Part shown: positions 47,424 through 55,734 of the stretch, piece after piece
Layout of the letters: every line of letters starts with the position of its first letter
Numbering within the stretch: position 1 is the first letter of the stretch
Source: a virus
Taxonomy: Duplodnaviria; Caudoviricetes
Direction: 5' to 3' (one strand)
DNA: 64,000 nt
IMG/VR virus record: IMGVR_UViG_3300013121_000005
Span: 160,001 to 224,000 of that record
Notes under the pieces: generated by a model
Databases searched by the model: none
What the model was told of the DNA's origin: nothing
The model's input: the letters and a program-made list of their open reading frames with translations, nothing else
Program-made: the position numbers and the translations under genes

Positions 47424-48602
47424 ATGGAAGAACGCAGTCTTGTAAAGGTAGACCTAGAGATCCAATCAGACGCTCAACCTGAGCCTGGTCTTCTTCGGCT
47501 CGCTCGACACGTAGTTCAACGGAATCCTGATGTGTCGCAGCTTTTTGTAGCGGCTAAGCAGCAGTCACAGCCCACGTCTTGGCTACAGGAACAACTCCAG
47601 ATAGAGTTGAACAAGATTTTCATCGGGGAAGAAGCGAACGTCCGAGAGGTATCTAGGTATCTATCGGATGAGTACTTCCAGATTGGAGATGGGATCCTCC
47701 TCATTTCGTCTGATACTGGACGGGCTATTGCCAAGTTGACAGATGAAGACTTCTATCAGCCTTCTCCAGTACCTCGTGAGGGGTCCTCGAAGATGGCTAC
47801 GCCTGGGCTGCGGATTCGTCCAGAGCTTGAGGGGTTTATTGTCCAGTGGACCTTTGATCGGAGTAAGGAAAAGGAGAATGTAGAAGCGCTCCGTATGCGT
47901 AACTCTGCTCCAACTGTACTCCTGCAAGAGGAGGGGGATAATCGCCTACACTTTACGACCCTTGCTGGTCGACGGGCATTGGTCAATCAAGTCAGAGAAA
48001 GCCTTCCGAACCTATCGCTGACCACCAAAGCTTTCCCGTTCTTCGACTTCCTCTTTACCTGGGGGGTGCCGTCAGACACCTCGAAATTCGAGGCTGTCCC
48101 AATCCAGGTGTACTCTTCTTTCAGGGTCTCACTGCATGACCCTCTGACAAGGAATATTCAGCACTCTATCGAGAAAATGTTACTCTCTACGATTCCTGTG
48201 GGGTGGGTGCGACAGCTCCTAACCGAAATCTTGAGAGCTGCTTTGAAATCGGGTAGGGCTGTCACTTCTGGTACTTTTGATGAGTTTGTTCAAGGTCGAG
48301 ACTTTGGGGTTTGGGTTGTCCCAACCAACCTGTACCTTGAACTTCAACGTCGAGGGTCCCCCACGTACATTGCGGCTCACGAAGCAGCAGAGGGGCATGC
48401 CCTGTATCTGTCTTACCGTGATGCGGTAGTTGGGCACCTAGCCAACTTGAAGTTTGATTGCTCTAGTCGGGAGCTGTTCGACAGGTGGACCCTTGACTCG
48501 AAAATGGAGGGTACCCTTTGGATCGACTGGTCAAAGATAGAGGTCTTTGCCCTAGAAGGGGTAATCCCAACTGGAATAAGCATCGAACCTAAACCCCTTT
48601 GA
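47424..48602 (+). CDS. Hypothetical protein (392 aa)
   Basis: AGGAG SD, long ORF, no confident family. Confidence 0.7.
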   Translation: MEERSLVKVDLEIQSDAQPEPGLLRLARHVVQRNPDVSQLFVAAKQQSQPTSWLQEQLQIELNKIFIGEEANVREVSRYLSDEYFQIGDGILLISSDTGRAIAKLTDEDFYQPSPVPREGSSKMATPGLRIRPELEGFIVQWTFDRSKEKENVEALRMRNSAPTVLLQEEGDNRLHFTTLAGRRALVNQVRESLPNLSLTTKAFPFFDFLFTWGVPSDTSKFEAVPIQVYSSFRVSLHDPLTRNIQHSIEKMLLSTIPVGWVRQLLTEILRAALKSGRAVTSGTFDEFVQGRDFGVWVVPTNLYLELQRRGSPTYIAAHEAAEGHALYLSYRDAVVGHLANLKFDCSSRELFDRWTLDSKMEGTLWIDWSKIEVFALEGVIPTGISIEPKPL

Positions 48603-48608
48603 GGTCCC

Positions 48609-48845
48609 ATGTTCTACTCGTTTGTGGTTCAATGTAAGGAAGAAATCGTAATCCCAGAGTACCTAGTCACTCTGGATCAAGGTGTAAACGTATTCAATGT
48701 AGTCGTGAAGGATCTTGATGGCTTTCTACGACAGCTTCAAGAGGCTGGGGTGATGGTCCAACAAGTCCACCGGCTTGAAGAGGAAGCGTTTCACCGGCTT
48801 GAAGAGGAAACGCCTGAATATAGGTTGCCCGATGGGACTTCGTAA
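48609..48845 (+). CDS. Small hypothetical protein
   Basis: GAGG SD. Internal HRLEEE duplication. Confidence 0.6.
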   Translation: MFYSFVVQCKEEIVIPEYLVTLDQGVNVFNVVVKDLDGFLRQLQEAGVMVQQVHRLEEEAFHRLEEETPEYRLPDGTS

Positions 48846-49095
48846 GCGTAAGAATGACTTGATCATGGTGCTTCGGGCACATGAAGTTGCAAAAGTACTT
48901 ACCCCTGCCCAAGTAGCTACCTTTAGGGATATGTACTCTCGTGCTCGTACCGAATCAGAGCAAGATGAAGTACGTAAGGTAGTACAGAATTTTGTGGATG
49001 ATACAGGGGCTGATCGCTTTTCTAGGCTTCTCCGAAAGTCACGCCAAGATGAAGATGACGATGAGATTGTGATTCCGCCTCATGCCCGCCCCTAA
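48832..49095 (+). CDS. Small hypothetical protein
   Basis: ATG 48832 overlaps the previous gene end. Helical, with an acidic tail. Confidence 0.55.
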   Translation: MGLRKRKNDLIMVLRAHEVAKVLTPAQVATFRDMYSRARTESEQDEVRKVVQNFVDDTGADRFSRLLRKSRQDEDDDEIVIPPHARP

Positions 49096-49110
49096 GAAAG
49101 AAGAGCCTCG

Positions 49111-49680
49111 ATGCCATCTAGAAAACGACTACTCCTCGATGTAGATGAGGTCCTTGCTGAGTTCCAAGTCTCAACTTTTCAAGTCGTCTATAGGCTATTC
49201 GGGAGAAAGCTGACTCCCCATGACTATGACACTTGGGACATTTTCTCCGCCTTCACGGCGGAAGAGAAGAGGGTCCTTTTCGAGGAGTTGGAGAAACCCG
49301 GCTTCTGTCAAAGTATTTCGCCTACCCCAGGGTCCCATGAGGCTGTCCGTGAGCTTCGGAAAATCGTAGATGTGTATCCCGTAACTTTCCCCTTCCATAG
49401 CCCGACTTGGGTCTATGAGCGTAACGTTTGGCTACAGGATCACTACGGATTTACGAAACAGGAGATCGTCTATACGGGGTCGAAGTTCCTAGTCACTGGG
49501 GACGCCCTCCTAGACGACAACCCAAGCCATGTGACTGCGTGGATGGGAGAGCATCCCCACGGGGTAGGGATGCTTTGGCATATCCCCAACACGCGAAATA
49601 TGGGGTACGGAGACCTTCGGGTCCATACGTGGGAAGAGGTCCTTCGCAGGGTTGAGGCTTTGGTTTCGCGGGCGGTGTAG
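49111..49680 (+). CDS. 5'(3')-deoxyribonucleotidase (NT5C, HAD family)
   Basis: LLLDVDEVLAEF motif I, PGF...PG..EAV, K..V.GDALLDDNP motif IV. Confidence 0.85.
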   Translation: MPSRKRLLLDVDEVLAEFQVSTFQVVYRLFGRKLTPHDYDTWDIFSAFTAEEKRVLFEELEKPGFCQSISPTPGSHEAVRELRKIVDVYPVTFPFHSPTWVYERNVWLQDHYGFTKQEIVYTGSKFLVTGDALLDDNPSHVTAWMGEHPHGVGMLWHIPNTRNMGYGDLRVHTWEEVLRRVEALVSRAV

Positions 49681-49710
49681 TCTGTCTCTCTAGTACCCCT
49701 GGAGTAACTC

Positions 49711-50361
49711 ATGTTCAAAACTGGCAGCCCTAACCTCAACAAGCTTCTTCCGAACGGTGGGTTTCCTACGGGTGGGTTGTCTCTTATCACTTCAGACGAG
49801 CTTAAAGACGAAGACAATGATGTAAACCTATCCCTCTTGTTGTTGTCCGTCGCCAAATGTGCGGGTAGGAAACAAGTACACGTTCACTACCTTGATTGCT
49901 TGCGCCTATACGAAAAGAGTAGGGCAACCAAGGGTATCCCTAACCTCCAAATGTATTGGCCTGAGTCCCTTGATGATTGCTTGGACTTAGCACTTGCCGC
50001 TGTAGAAACTGTAGGAAATAGCGTAAACCTTGTGGTTCTTGATTCCCCTAATGCTCTACCCGCTAAGCGAGGTCGAATCGTTTCCCTCGTGGGGAAGGCT
50101 ACTAACTGGTTAGCAAAGACCAAATCCTTGCTCAGTAGGTACCCTAAAACTGGGGTTGTCATTGGGCTGGGCCCCATTGGGGACTACAATCACCTCATTG
50201 AGAATGAGGCGATTGTAGCACTTTCGTTGAGTGCGGGGGGCCACATTAGAGTGCATAAGCCCAAACAAGGGGTGTGTCGTATCCTGGCAACAGAACGTGG
50301 TCTCAAGGACCTTTTGATTGAGCCAACTCCCATTGCCCGAAGTCGGTATGACCTGATTTAG
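49711..50361 (+). CDS. Inactive RecA-superfamily protein
   Basis: KTGSPNLNKLLPNGGFPTG and VNLVVLDS (Walker B region), but Walker A is replaced by an acidic stretch. Confidence 0.6.
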   Translation: MFKTGSPNLNKLLPNGGFPTGGLSLITSDELKDEDNDVNLSLLLLSVAKCAGRKQVHVHYLDCLRLYEKSRATKGIPNLQMYWPESLDDCLDLALAAVETVGNSVNLVVLDSPNALPAKRGRIVSLVGKATNWLAKTKSLLSRYPKTGVVIGLGPIGDYNHLIENEAIVALSLSAGGHIRVHKPKQGVCRILATERGLKDLLIEPTPIARSRYDLI

Positions 50362-50367
50362 GTCCTA

Positions 50368-50823
50368 ATGACTGTCCTAATGACTGCCCTACCCTTCAGT
50401 ATGACTTGGGGTCCGGTCCTGCTTACGACCGTCATGTTGGAAAAGGCAACTAAGGATGCTTTAAGTCTAGAAGGGTGTGTCATTGTTATTGGCTGTACTA
50501 GAGCCCACTCTAACGAGTTAGGTCACCAACTTACAGCTAAGTTACTTGAGGTTCCTGGTACTCAAATACTCAGTCGAGGGTGCAGTGGGGGAGATATTCT
50601 TTTTAACTCAGCCAGTAAGAAGGAAGGAGAGATTTGGGTTGTCACTGACTACTCCACCTTCTTTGGGAAAGAAGAGACTTGGGTTACCTCTGAGTACCTT
50701 CAGAAAAAAGTCCGAGGGCGAAAGCTAGCCTCGCTATTCCTTCTTAGCGGTTCGTCTGGGTGGAGGAGAGGGTGTCCTCAACCCCCTCCCAAAACACGGT
50801 ATGAGCTTCTCTTAGGCACCTAG
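50368..50823 (+). CDS. Hypothetical protein
   Basis: Packed ORF. The start region carries a 12-bp duplication gtcctaatgact x2. Confidence 0.55.
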   Translation: MTVLMTALPFSMTWGPVLLTTVMLEKATKDALSLEGCVIVIGCTRAHSNELGHQLTAKLLEVPGTQILSRGCSGGDILFNSASKKEGEIWVVTDYSTFFGKEETWVTSEYLQKKVRGRKLASLFLLSGSSGWRRGCPQPPPKTRYELLLGT

Positions 50824-50840
50824 ACGGAGGGGTCGGAAAG

Positions 50841-51344
50841 TTGAAGTCAAAACCTAGGGTCATTGTAGCAACCAGTTCAACTGGGCTCATTGGGATTAAT
50901 GGTCGACTTCCTTGGGTTAAGCCTGCGGATCTCAAACGTTTTAAGCGGGTTACGATGGGAGGGGTACTCATTGTAGGTCGTACTACTTGGGAGTCCATTG
51001 GGCGGCCTCTTCCTGGGCGTAAGACCTTTGTTCTGACTCGATCCGAAACCAAGTGGGAAGGGGTAGAGGTCTTTCGGACTTTACCTGAAGCAATCGAAGC
51101 TGCCGGAGAGGGTACCCCTGTTTGGATTGCGGGGGGGACTTCGGTCTATGCTGAGGGGCTCTCCTTTTGCGATGAGTTGGACATCACCGTGGTGAGAGAC
51201 CCCAAAGTTCCTATCTGGGGTCGAAGCCTTGCTACAATCGATTGGTACCAGAATGGACAAGTCGCCGGATTCACGCTTCGCCACGAGGAAGTGAATCCGG
51301 AGGACCCTACTCTCACCCACCAGACTTTCACACGAGACCAATGA
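50841..51344 (+). CDS. folA: Dihydrofolate reductase
   Basis: IVA....LIG..G.LPW..PADLKRFK..T.G...IVGRTTWESIGRPLPGR, and VWIAGG. Confidence 0.92.
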   Translation: MKSKPRVIVATSSTGLIGINGRLPWVKPADLKRFKRVTMGGVLIVGRTTWESIGRPLPGRKTFVLTRSETKWEGVEVFRTLPEAIEAAGEGTPVWIAGGTSVYAEGLSFCDELDITVVRDPKVPIWGRSLATIDWYQNGQVAGFTLRHEEVNPEDPTLTHQTFTRDQ

Positions 51345-51709
51345 TTCGCTTTGCTATCCAAGCTTGTGACGAGGAAGTTGAGTTTCATCTTGCTGATGTG
51401 GTCCTTCAAGCTTCTTCGCAACTTAAGCTGAAGTTCAAGCACCTAGGGGTGGTGGACTGGATCACCATAGGGACCTCTAAATTTCTAGTGTTTCAGTCTG
51501 ATATGACCCAGGCTGATCAGCTCTTGGACCTCATCTTTCAAAACGGCCGAGCTGTTGTAAGAAGGACCTTAACGGGGTTTCAAGTTCGGATGCTGAATAA
51601 CCGAACAGGCTCTGTACCGACGTATGTGATGCAAAACACACGTAAAACAGGGCAGTTCTTTCGAGGCACCTTAGACCCCCATTGGGAGCGTCAGTTCAAG
51701 AGGAACTGA
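51341..51709 (+). CDS. Hypothetical protein
   Basis: ATGA overlap with the DHFR stop. Confidence 0.6.
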   Translation: MIRFAIQACDEEVEFHLADVVLQASSQLKLKFKHLGVVDWITIGTSKFLVFQSDMTQADQLLDLIFQNGRAVVRRTLTGFQVRMLNNRTGSVPTYVMQNTRKTGQFFRGTLDPHWERQFKRN

Positions 51710-51755
51710 GAAGGTTCCTATACGTCTACCTTGGGTAGACGAGGGACCTCTTCTC

Positions 51756-53486
51756 ATGTTCTTGATGTTGGCAGCTAGTAAGACGGCAGGGAAACGAAAA
51801 GTCCCTATCGATGCGTCTCTAGATGAGGTGGTTGAGATCGACGAAGGTCTTAGGGATCTGGAGTCGGCCGCCGCTTTGGCACGTCAAGGACGTGCTAGTC
51901 CGTACTGGCCTAAGATTCGGGAACGACTACTTCAGTACTCCTCTTCGGATAATGTAGATGAAGCAATCCGAGAGTGGGCAGATGAAGGTAACCCTTTTGT
52001 CTCGCATGGTACATGTGAGCTATGTGACAAGAACCCAATCAAATTCCACTTCCCCATTAAGAACCGGGTAACAGGAAAGTCTCTGGTCGTTGGGAGTGAG
52101 TGTGTGCTCAACTATCTGCTGATCAATGGGTATGAGTCCATTGAAGCACTCCGTAAGCGGCTTGTGGCTCAACGCAACATCTTGAAGAAGCAGGAGAAGG
52201 GGGAAGCTTCTCTTGACCAGGTTAGCGCTGTGAATGAAGCTTTCTCGACAGAGAAAGAAATTCGCGACCGTATCGGCGTAGTAGCTGGCGCAGGGCAGGA
52301 TTTCAACGTCCGGGAGTACTACCAGACTCTCTGGGAGGTGATCTCCATTGGCAATGCCTTGAAGATCACTTCTTCAGCATTTGAGTCAGCTCGGGAAGCC
52401 CATCGAGCTTGTCGATCGTTGATGAAGTTCATGGAGTCTACCCGGAAGCGTCAGAAAGGTTTCCAAGGGTTTGGGTTGGCAAGCCTTGTTTCGACGGTCA
52501 TGAGGCAACGAGAGCCTACCGGACGTCTTACCTCGCTTGTAACTTTACGCCGACATCTGAACACACTCTTTCAGTCAGGGTTACCTGCGGATGTCATCTC
52601 TCGGGCTTGGGGGGCCATCCGAGACAGCAAGGAGGACCTCCTGGAGGAGGTCACGAAGAAGTGCGATCTGGGTAAGGCCAACCTCTTGGCTAGGTATAAG
52701 TCTGAGCTAAGCTTGGCTAAGCCTTACAGTCATCTCAACTTCATTCTGACTCAGGGTCTAATTGCTCAGCGTAGAGAGTTTGACGCTCAGGTAGCCAAAA
52801 TTGAAAGAGCCCTACAATCGGAGGACTTTCTCGACCAGTTGAAGAATGACCGGGAGGGCTCTGGGGTTGCGAAGCTTCTCAACCTTACCTTCTACCCAGA
52901 TTTGGGGAACTCCGATGGATCGTTGGAAGCAGCCGCTTACAACATTGGTCGTTTTCTCAGCCTCATCAGTGGGGGCTACACGGGTAGCGTAACCAAGGCA
53001 GTGGTGGAAGCGTTCCAAGCGGATCGGATTCGAGATTTGCCTGGGATTCGAGTTGCCCTTTTGCGAGCCGCAGACGATGGGATCGTAGATGCAGACATAC
53101 TGGGAGAACGAACCCTCGTTGAGTTTGAAAAGCTAGTTCGAGCTAAAGACCCAAGAGTCGTTGACTTGCTCTATGCGGAAGTCGATGACTTTAAGGCTCT
53201 AGCTAAGGCGGTAGGCACTTACAAAGTGTACGAGGTCATGAGTGATGACTTCGGGTTTGATGTGTCGAAGGCTTACAAACTCTACTCCAAGGACAATGAC
53301 TTCGAGTACAACTTCTGTTTGGACATTCTCGCTCGATGGAAGCAAAACCGGGGCAGTTTCTCTCTATCCCCAGCCCAGATGGAGAACTTCAAACGACAGT
53401 TGGTGATGAAGGGTCGAATTGGAGAGGTGCCCAATTCGATGTGGGATGCACTTAGGAGTGAGCTTACGGCTCACTTTAAGGGTTGA
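51756..53486 (+). CDS. Hypothetical protein with CxxC...VGSEC zinc motif and helical body
   Basis: TCELCDKNPIKFHFPIKNRVTGKSLVVGSECV. N-terminal ASKTA. Confidence 0.7.
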   Translation: MFLMLAASKTAGKRKVPIDASLDEVVEIDEGLRDLESAAALARQGRASPYWPKIRERLLQYSSSDNVDEAIREWADEGNPFVSHGTCELCDKNPIKFHFPIKNRVTGKSLVVGSECVLNYLLINGYESIEALRKRLVAQRNILKKQEKGEASLDQVSAVNEAFSTEKEIRDRIGVVAGAGQDFNVREYYQTLWEVISIGNALKITSSAFESAREAHRACRSLMKFMESTRKRQKGFQGFGLASLVSTVMRQREPTGRLTSLVTLRRHLNTLFQSGLPADVISRAWGAIRDSKEDLLEEVTKKCDLGKANLLARYKSELSLAKPYSHLNFILTQGLIAQRREFDAQVAKIERALQSEDFLDQLKNDREGSGVAKLLNLTFYPDLGNSDGSLEAAAYNIGRFLSLISGGYTGSVTKAVVEAFQADRIRDLPGIRVALLRAADDGIVDADILGERTLVEFEKLVRAKDPRVVDLLYAEVDDFKALAKAVGTYKVYEVMSDDFGFDVSKAYKLYSKDNDFEYNFCLDILARWKQNRGSFSLSPAQMENFKRQLVMKGRIGEVPNSMWDALRSELTAHFKG

Positions 53487-53490
53487 GTAG

Positions 53491-54231
53491 ATGAAGCTAG
53501 CTGCTGTCCAATTCGCCCCGGGCTTCAAAGAGATTGCTCGGAATACTAGCCGAATAGTTGAGCTTGCAACAAGAGCTGCAATGCAAGGGGCAAAATTGAT
53601 TGTCTTCCCTGAATTGGCCACTACAGGCTATTCGTTCATGGGTCCAGAGGAGGCAGCCCCATTTGCAGAGACCATTGGGGACTTTTCCAAGGGGAGTCAA
53701 TACTCTTTGCTCAGAGTCGCCGAGACCTTCAACGTAGCCATTGTGTGGGGCTTGGTCGGGAAGTCTGGGAACGGGTCACTTTACAACACTCAGATGTACG
53801 TAGATCCGAATGGTAGGTATGAGTCCTACTTCAAGATCAATCTATGGGGCAATGACTTTCTCTGGGCTTCAGAGGGAAGGGCTAACCCGCCAATCGTGCA
53901 TTGTGAAGTAACCAAGAAAAAGGTGGGGTTGCTCATTTGTCGAGACGTTCGGGACAAAGCAAGCGACGACTGGAAAAACTTCTACTCTCCAGGGGATGCA
54001 GATATTGTAGCCTTCTCCTCCAATTGGGGGGATGGTGGTTTCCCGGCAGTTTCTTGGGTGGACTTTGCTAAAGAGAACCGTACGGTTCTCGTCGTAGCTA
54101 ACCGCTACGGTCAAGAAACTTGTAATAACTTTGGCGAGGGTGGCGTGTGTGTCATTGAGCCCAAGGGTAAAGTCCATTGCCAAGGGCTTCAGTGGAATCA
54201 AGATTGCATTGTGTATGCGGAGACACCATGA
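53491..54231 (+). CDS. Nitrilase/carbon-nitrogen hydrolase superfamily amidase
   Basis: MKLAAVQF, LIVFPELATTGY (Glu), YFKINL (Lys), GLLICRD (Cys), ANRYG. Confidence 0.9.
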   Translation: MKLAAVQFAPGFKEIARNTSRIVELATRAAMQGAKLIVFPELATTGYSFMGPEEAAPFAETIGDFSKGSQYSLLRVAETFNVAIVWGLVGKSGNGSLYNTQMYVDPNGRYESYFKINLWGNDFLWASEGRANPPIVHCEVTKKKVGLLICRDVRDKASDDWKNFYSPGDADIVAFSSNWGDGGFPAVSWVDFAKENRTVLVVANRYGQETCNNFGEGGVCVIEPKGKVHCQGLQWNQDCIVYAETP

Positions 54232-54731
54232 GTAACCTTGTTCAGCGAGTTGTATCAAGATTTTCAAGAAGGTTGGCTGCTGCCTCCCCTCATGTGTGTT
54301 GGTACCGAGTAACCAAGTATAAGGGGGGTAATCGCTCAGTACTTGTATCGGTAGTAGCGGCTTGGAAGCCTACTTCTGACATCCCTATCAGAAAAGAGAC
54401 CCACAACAATTGGCTATCAGTGGAGTACTATGATGTCCCTGACGAGTTTTTCCAGCAGGTTGAGCGGGATTGCCGTCAGATTTCTGCGAAGGCCAAAGCA
54501 CTCGTGGAGGGGCTAGGGCTCAAGCTGCGGGAAAATCGGATGGAACCTCTCAAGAAGTGGGTAGAGAAATCTGTGAATTCCCTTACAGGTGACTATGTGA
54601 ACTTCTTCTGGTTGTCCGTTGAGGTCCCATTTGGGGCAGGTCAGAAGCAGAAGATCGAGGCTGTCACGTCAGCATTCGCAGAGCTGTCATCAGGTTTCTC
54701 TAATGTGATGCAAATTGAGCTAGAGAAGTGA
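54228..54731 (+). CDS. Hypothetical protein with N-terminal LVQRVVSRF tag
   Basis: ATGA overlap with the nitrilase stop and a GGAG SD. Confidence 0.7.
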   Translation: MSNLVQRVVSRFSRRLAAASPHVCWYRVTKYKGGNRSVLVSVVAAWKPTSDIPIRKETHNNWLSVEYYDVPDEFFQQVERDCRQISAKAKALVEGLGLKLRENRMEPLKKWVEKSVNSLTGDYVNFFWLSVEVPFGAGQKQKIEAVTSAFAELSSGFSNVMQIELEK

Positions 54732-54732
54732 T

Positions 54733-55725
54733 ATGGTGCCGCTCAAGGACCTAACGTTAGCGAAACGGGTAGCCTTCTTCTATCAAGATCGAATGGCTCG
54801 TCGGATCGCGGCTAGATTCTTGTTCTCAGCAAGTTTGTTGGACGGTCTGGTTCACCGGATGGATTCCTTGTTTGCGAACTATACGAACAAGGGAGCGGCT
54901 GAAGCAGCTAAGTGGTTCGAGGCGAATTTCCGTTTTGACATGTCCAAAACACCGCAAGGGCAGAAGGACCTCAAAAACAAGGCAGCCAAGTTCCATTGGT
55001 TTTTGCGGTCAGCGGCAGGTCTTGAGGCGTATGGTAAGGATGACCCAAACAATGAAGAGGGTTGGTCCCGAGCAGGCAAGGAAGCAGCTCGTATTTGGGA
55101 GCACGAGATCAAACCCTTGGTTGGGGATCTCGTAAGATACTTTACCGACGAAGGGGGTAAAATCGTCCCCAAGGAAGTGAAGGTTGGGGGAAACACCTAC
55201 CTCAACCTCGTCGGGTTCGACCAGAAGAAGCTGGGGCACTACGTTACGACGCTGGAGAGCCTCTGGGACGACCTGAAGGGTTGGCGCCGGAAAGCCCTTT
55301 CGGGGGGCCTCAAGGTCGTCTTGGCGAGCCCCAAGGAGTTTCATGGTACCGTGGGGGGCAAGTACAAGTCGTCGGAAGACCTCCTTCTCGTTCGTGCAAC
55401 CCCCCATGTTCTTAAACGAACGCAAGGTACCTACGGCGCCCTTGATTACATCCTCATCCATGAGCTAGGGCATCGCTACGAACGAAAGCAGAATCTTCCC
55501 GAGGACTTCGACAAATCCTACTGGTGGACCAGTACGTACAGCCGTAAAGAAGGGGAGAGCTTTGCAGAGCTGTTCGCTCTCGGGCACTTCAAGATCAAGG
55601 GGCAAGGCGCTGAAGCGACACAGGACCGTTTCGAGAAGCTCATGGCTGGACACGACAACATACCTCGGCCCGAATTGCCGGAGCATCTGCAAAAAGTCGT
55701 CCAATCAAAAGCTGGGGTGGTGTAG
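54733..55725 (+). CDS. Zincin-like metallopeptidase (HELGH...ESFAELF)
   Basis: ILIHELGHRYE and STYSRKEGESFAELFA. N-terminal LAKRVAFFY and MARRIAARF. Confidence 0.75.
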   Translation: MVPLKDLTLAKRVAFFYQDRMARRIAARFLFSASLLDGLVHRMDSLFANYTNKGAAEAAKWFEANFRFDMSKTPQGQKDLKNKAAKFHWFLRSAAGLEAYGKDDPNNEEGWSRAGKEAARIWEHEIKPLVGDLVRYFTDEGGKIVPKEVKVGGNTYLNLVGFDQKKLGHYVTTLESLWDDLKGWRRKALSGGLKVVLASPKEFHGTVGGKYKSSEDLLLVRATPHVLKRTQGTYGALDYILIHELGHRYERKQNLPEDFDKSYWWTSTYSRKEGESFAELFALGHFKIKGQGAEATQDRFEKLMAGHDNIPRPELPEHLQKVVQSKAGVV

Positions 55726-55734
55726 TTGTAGAGT

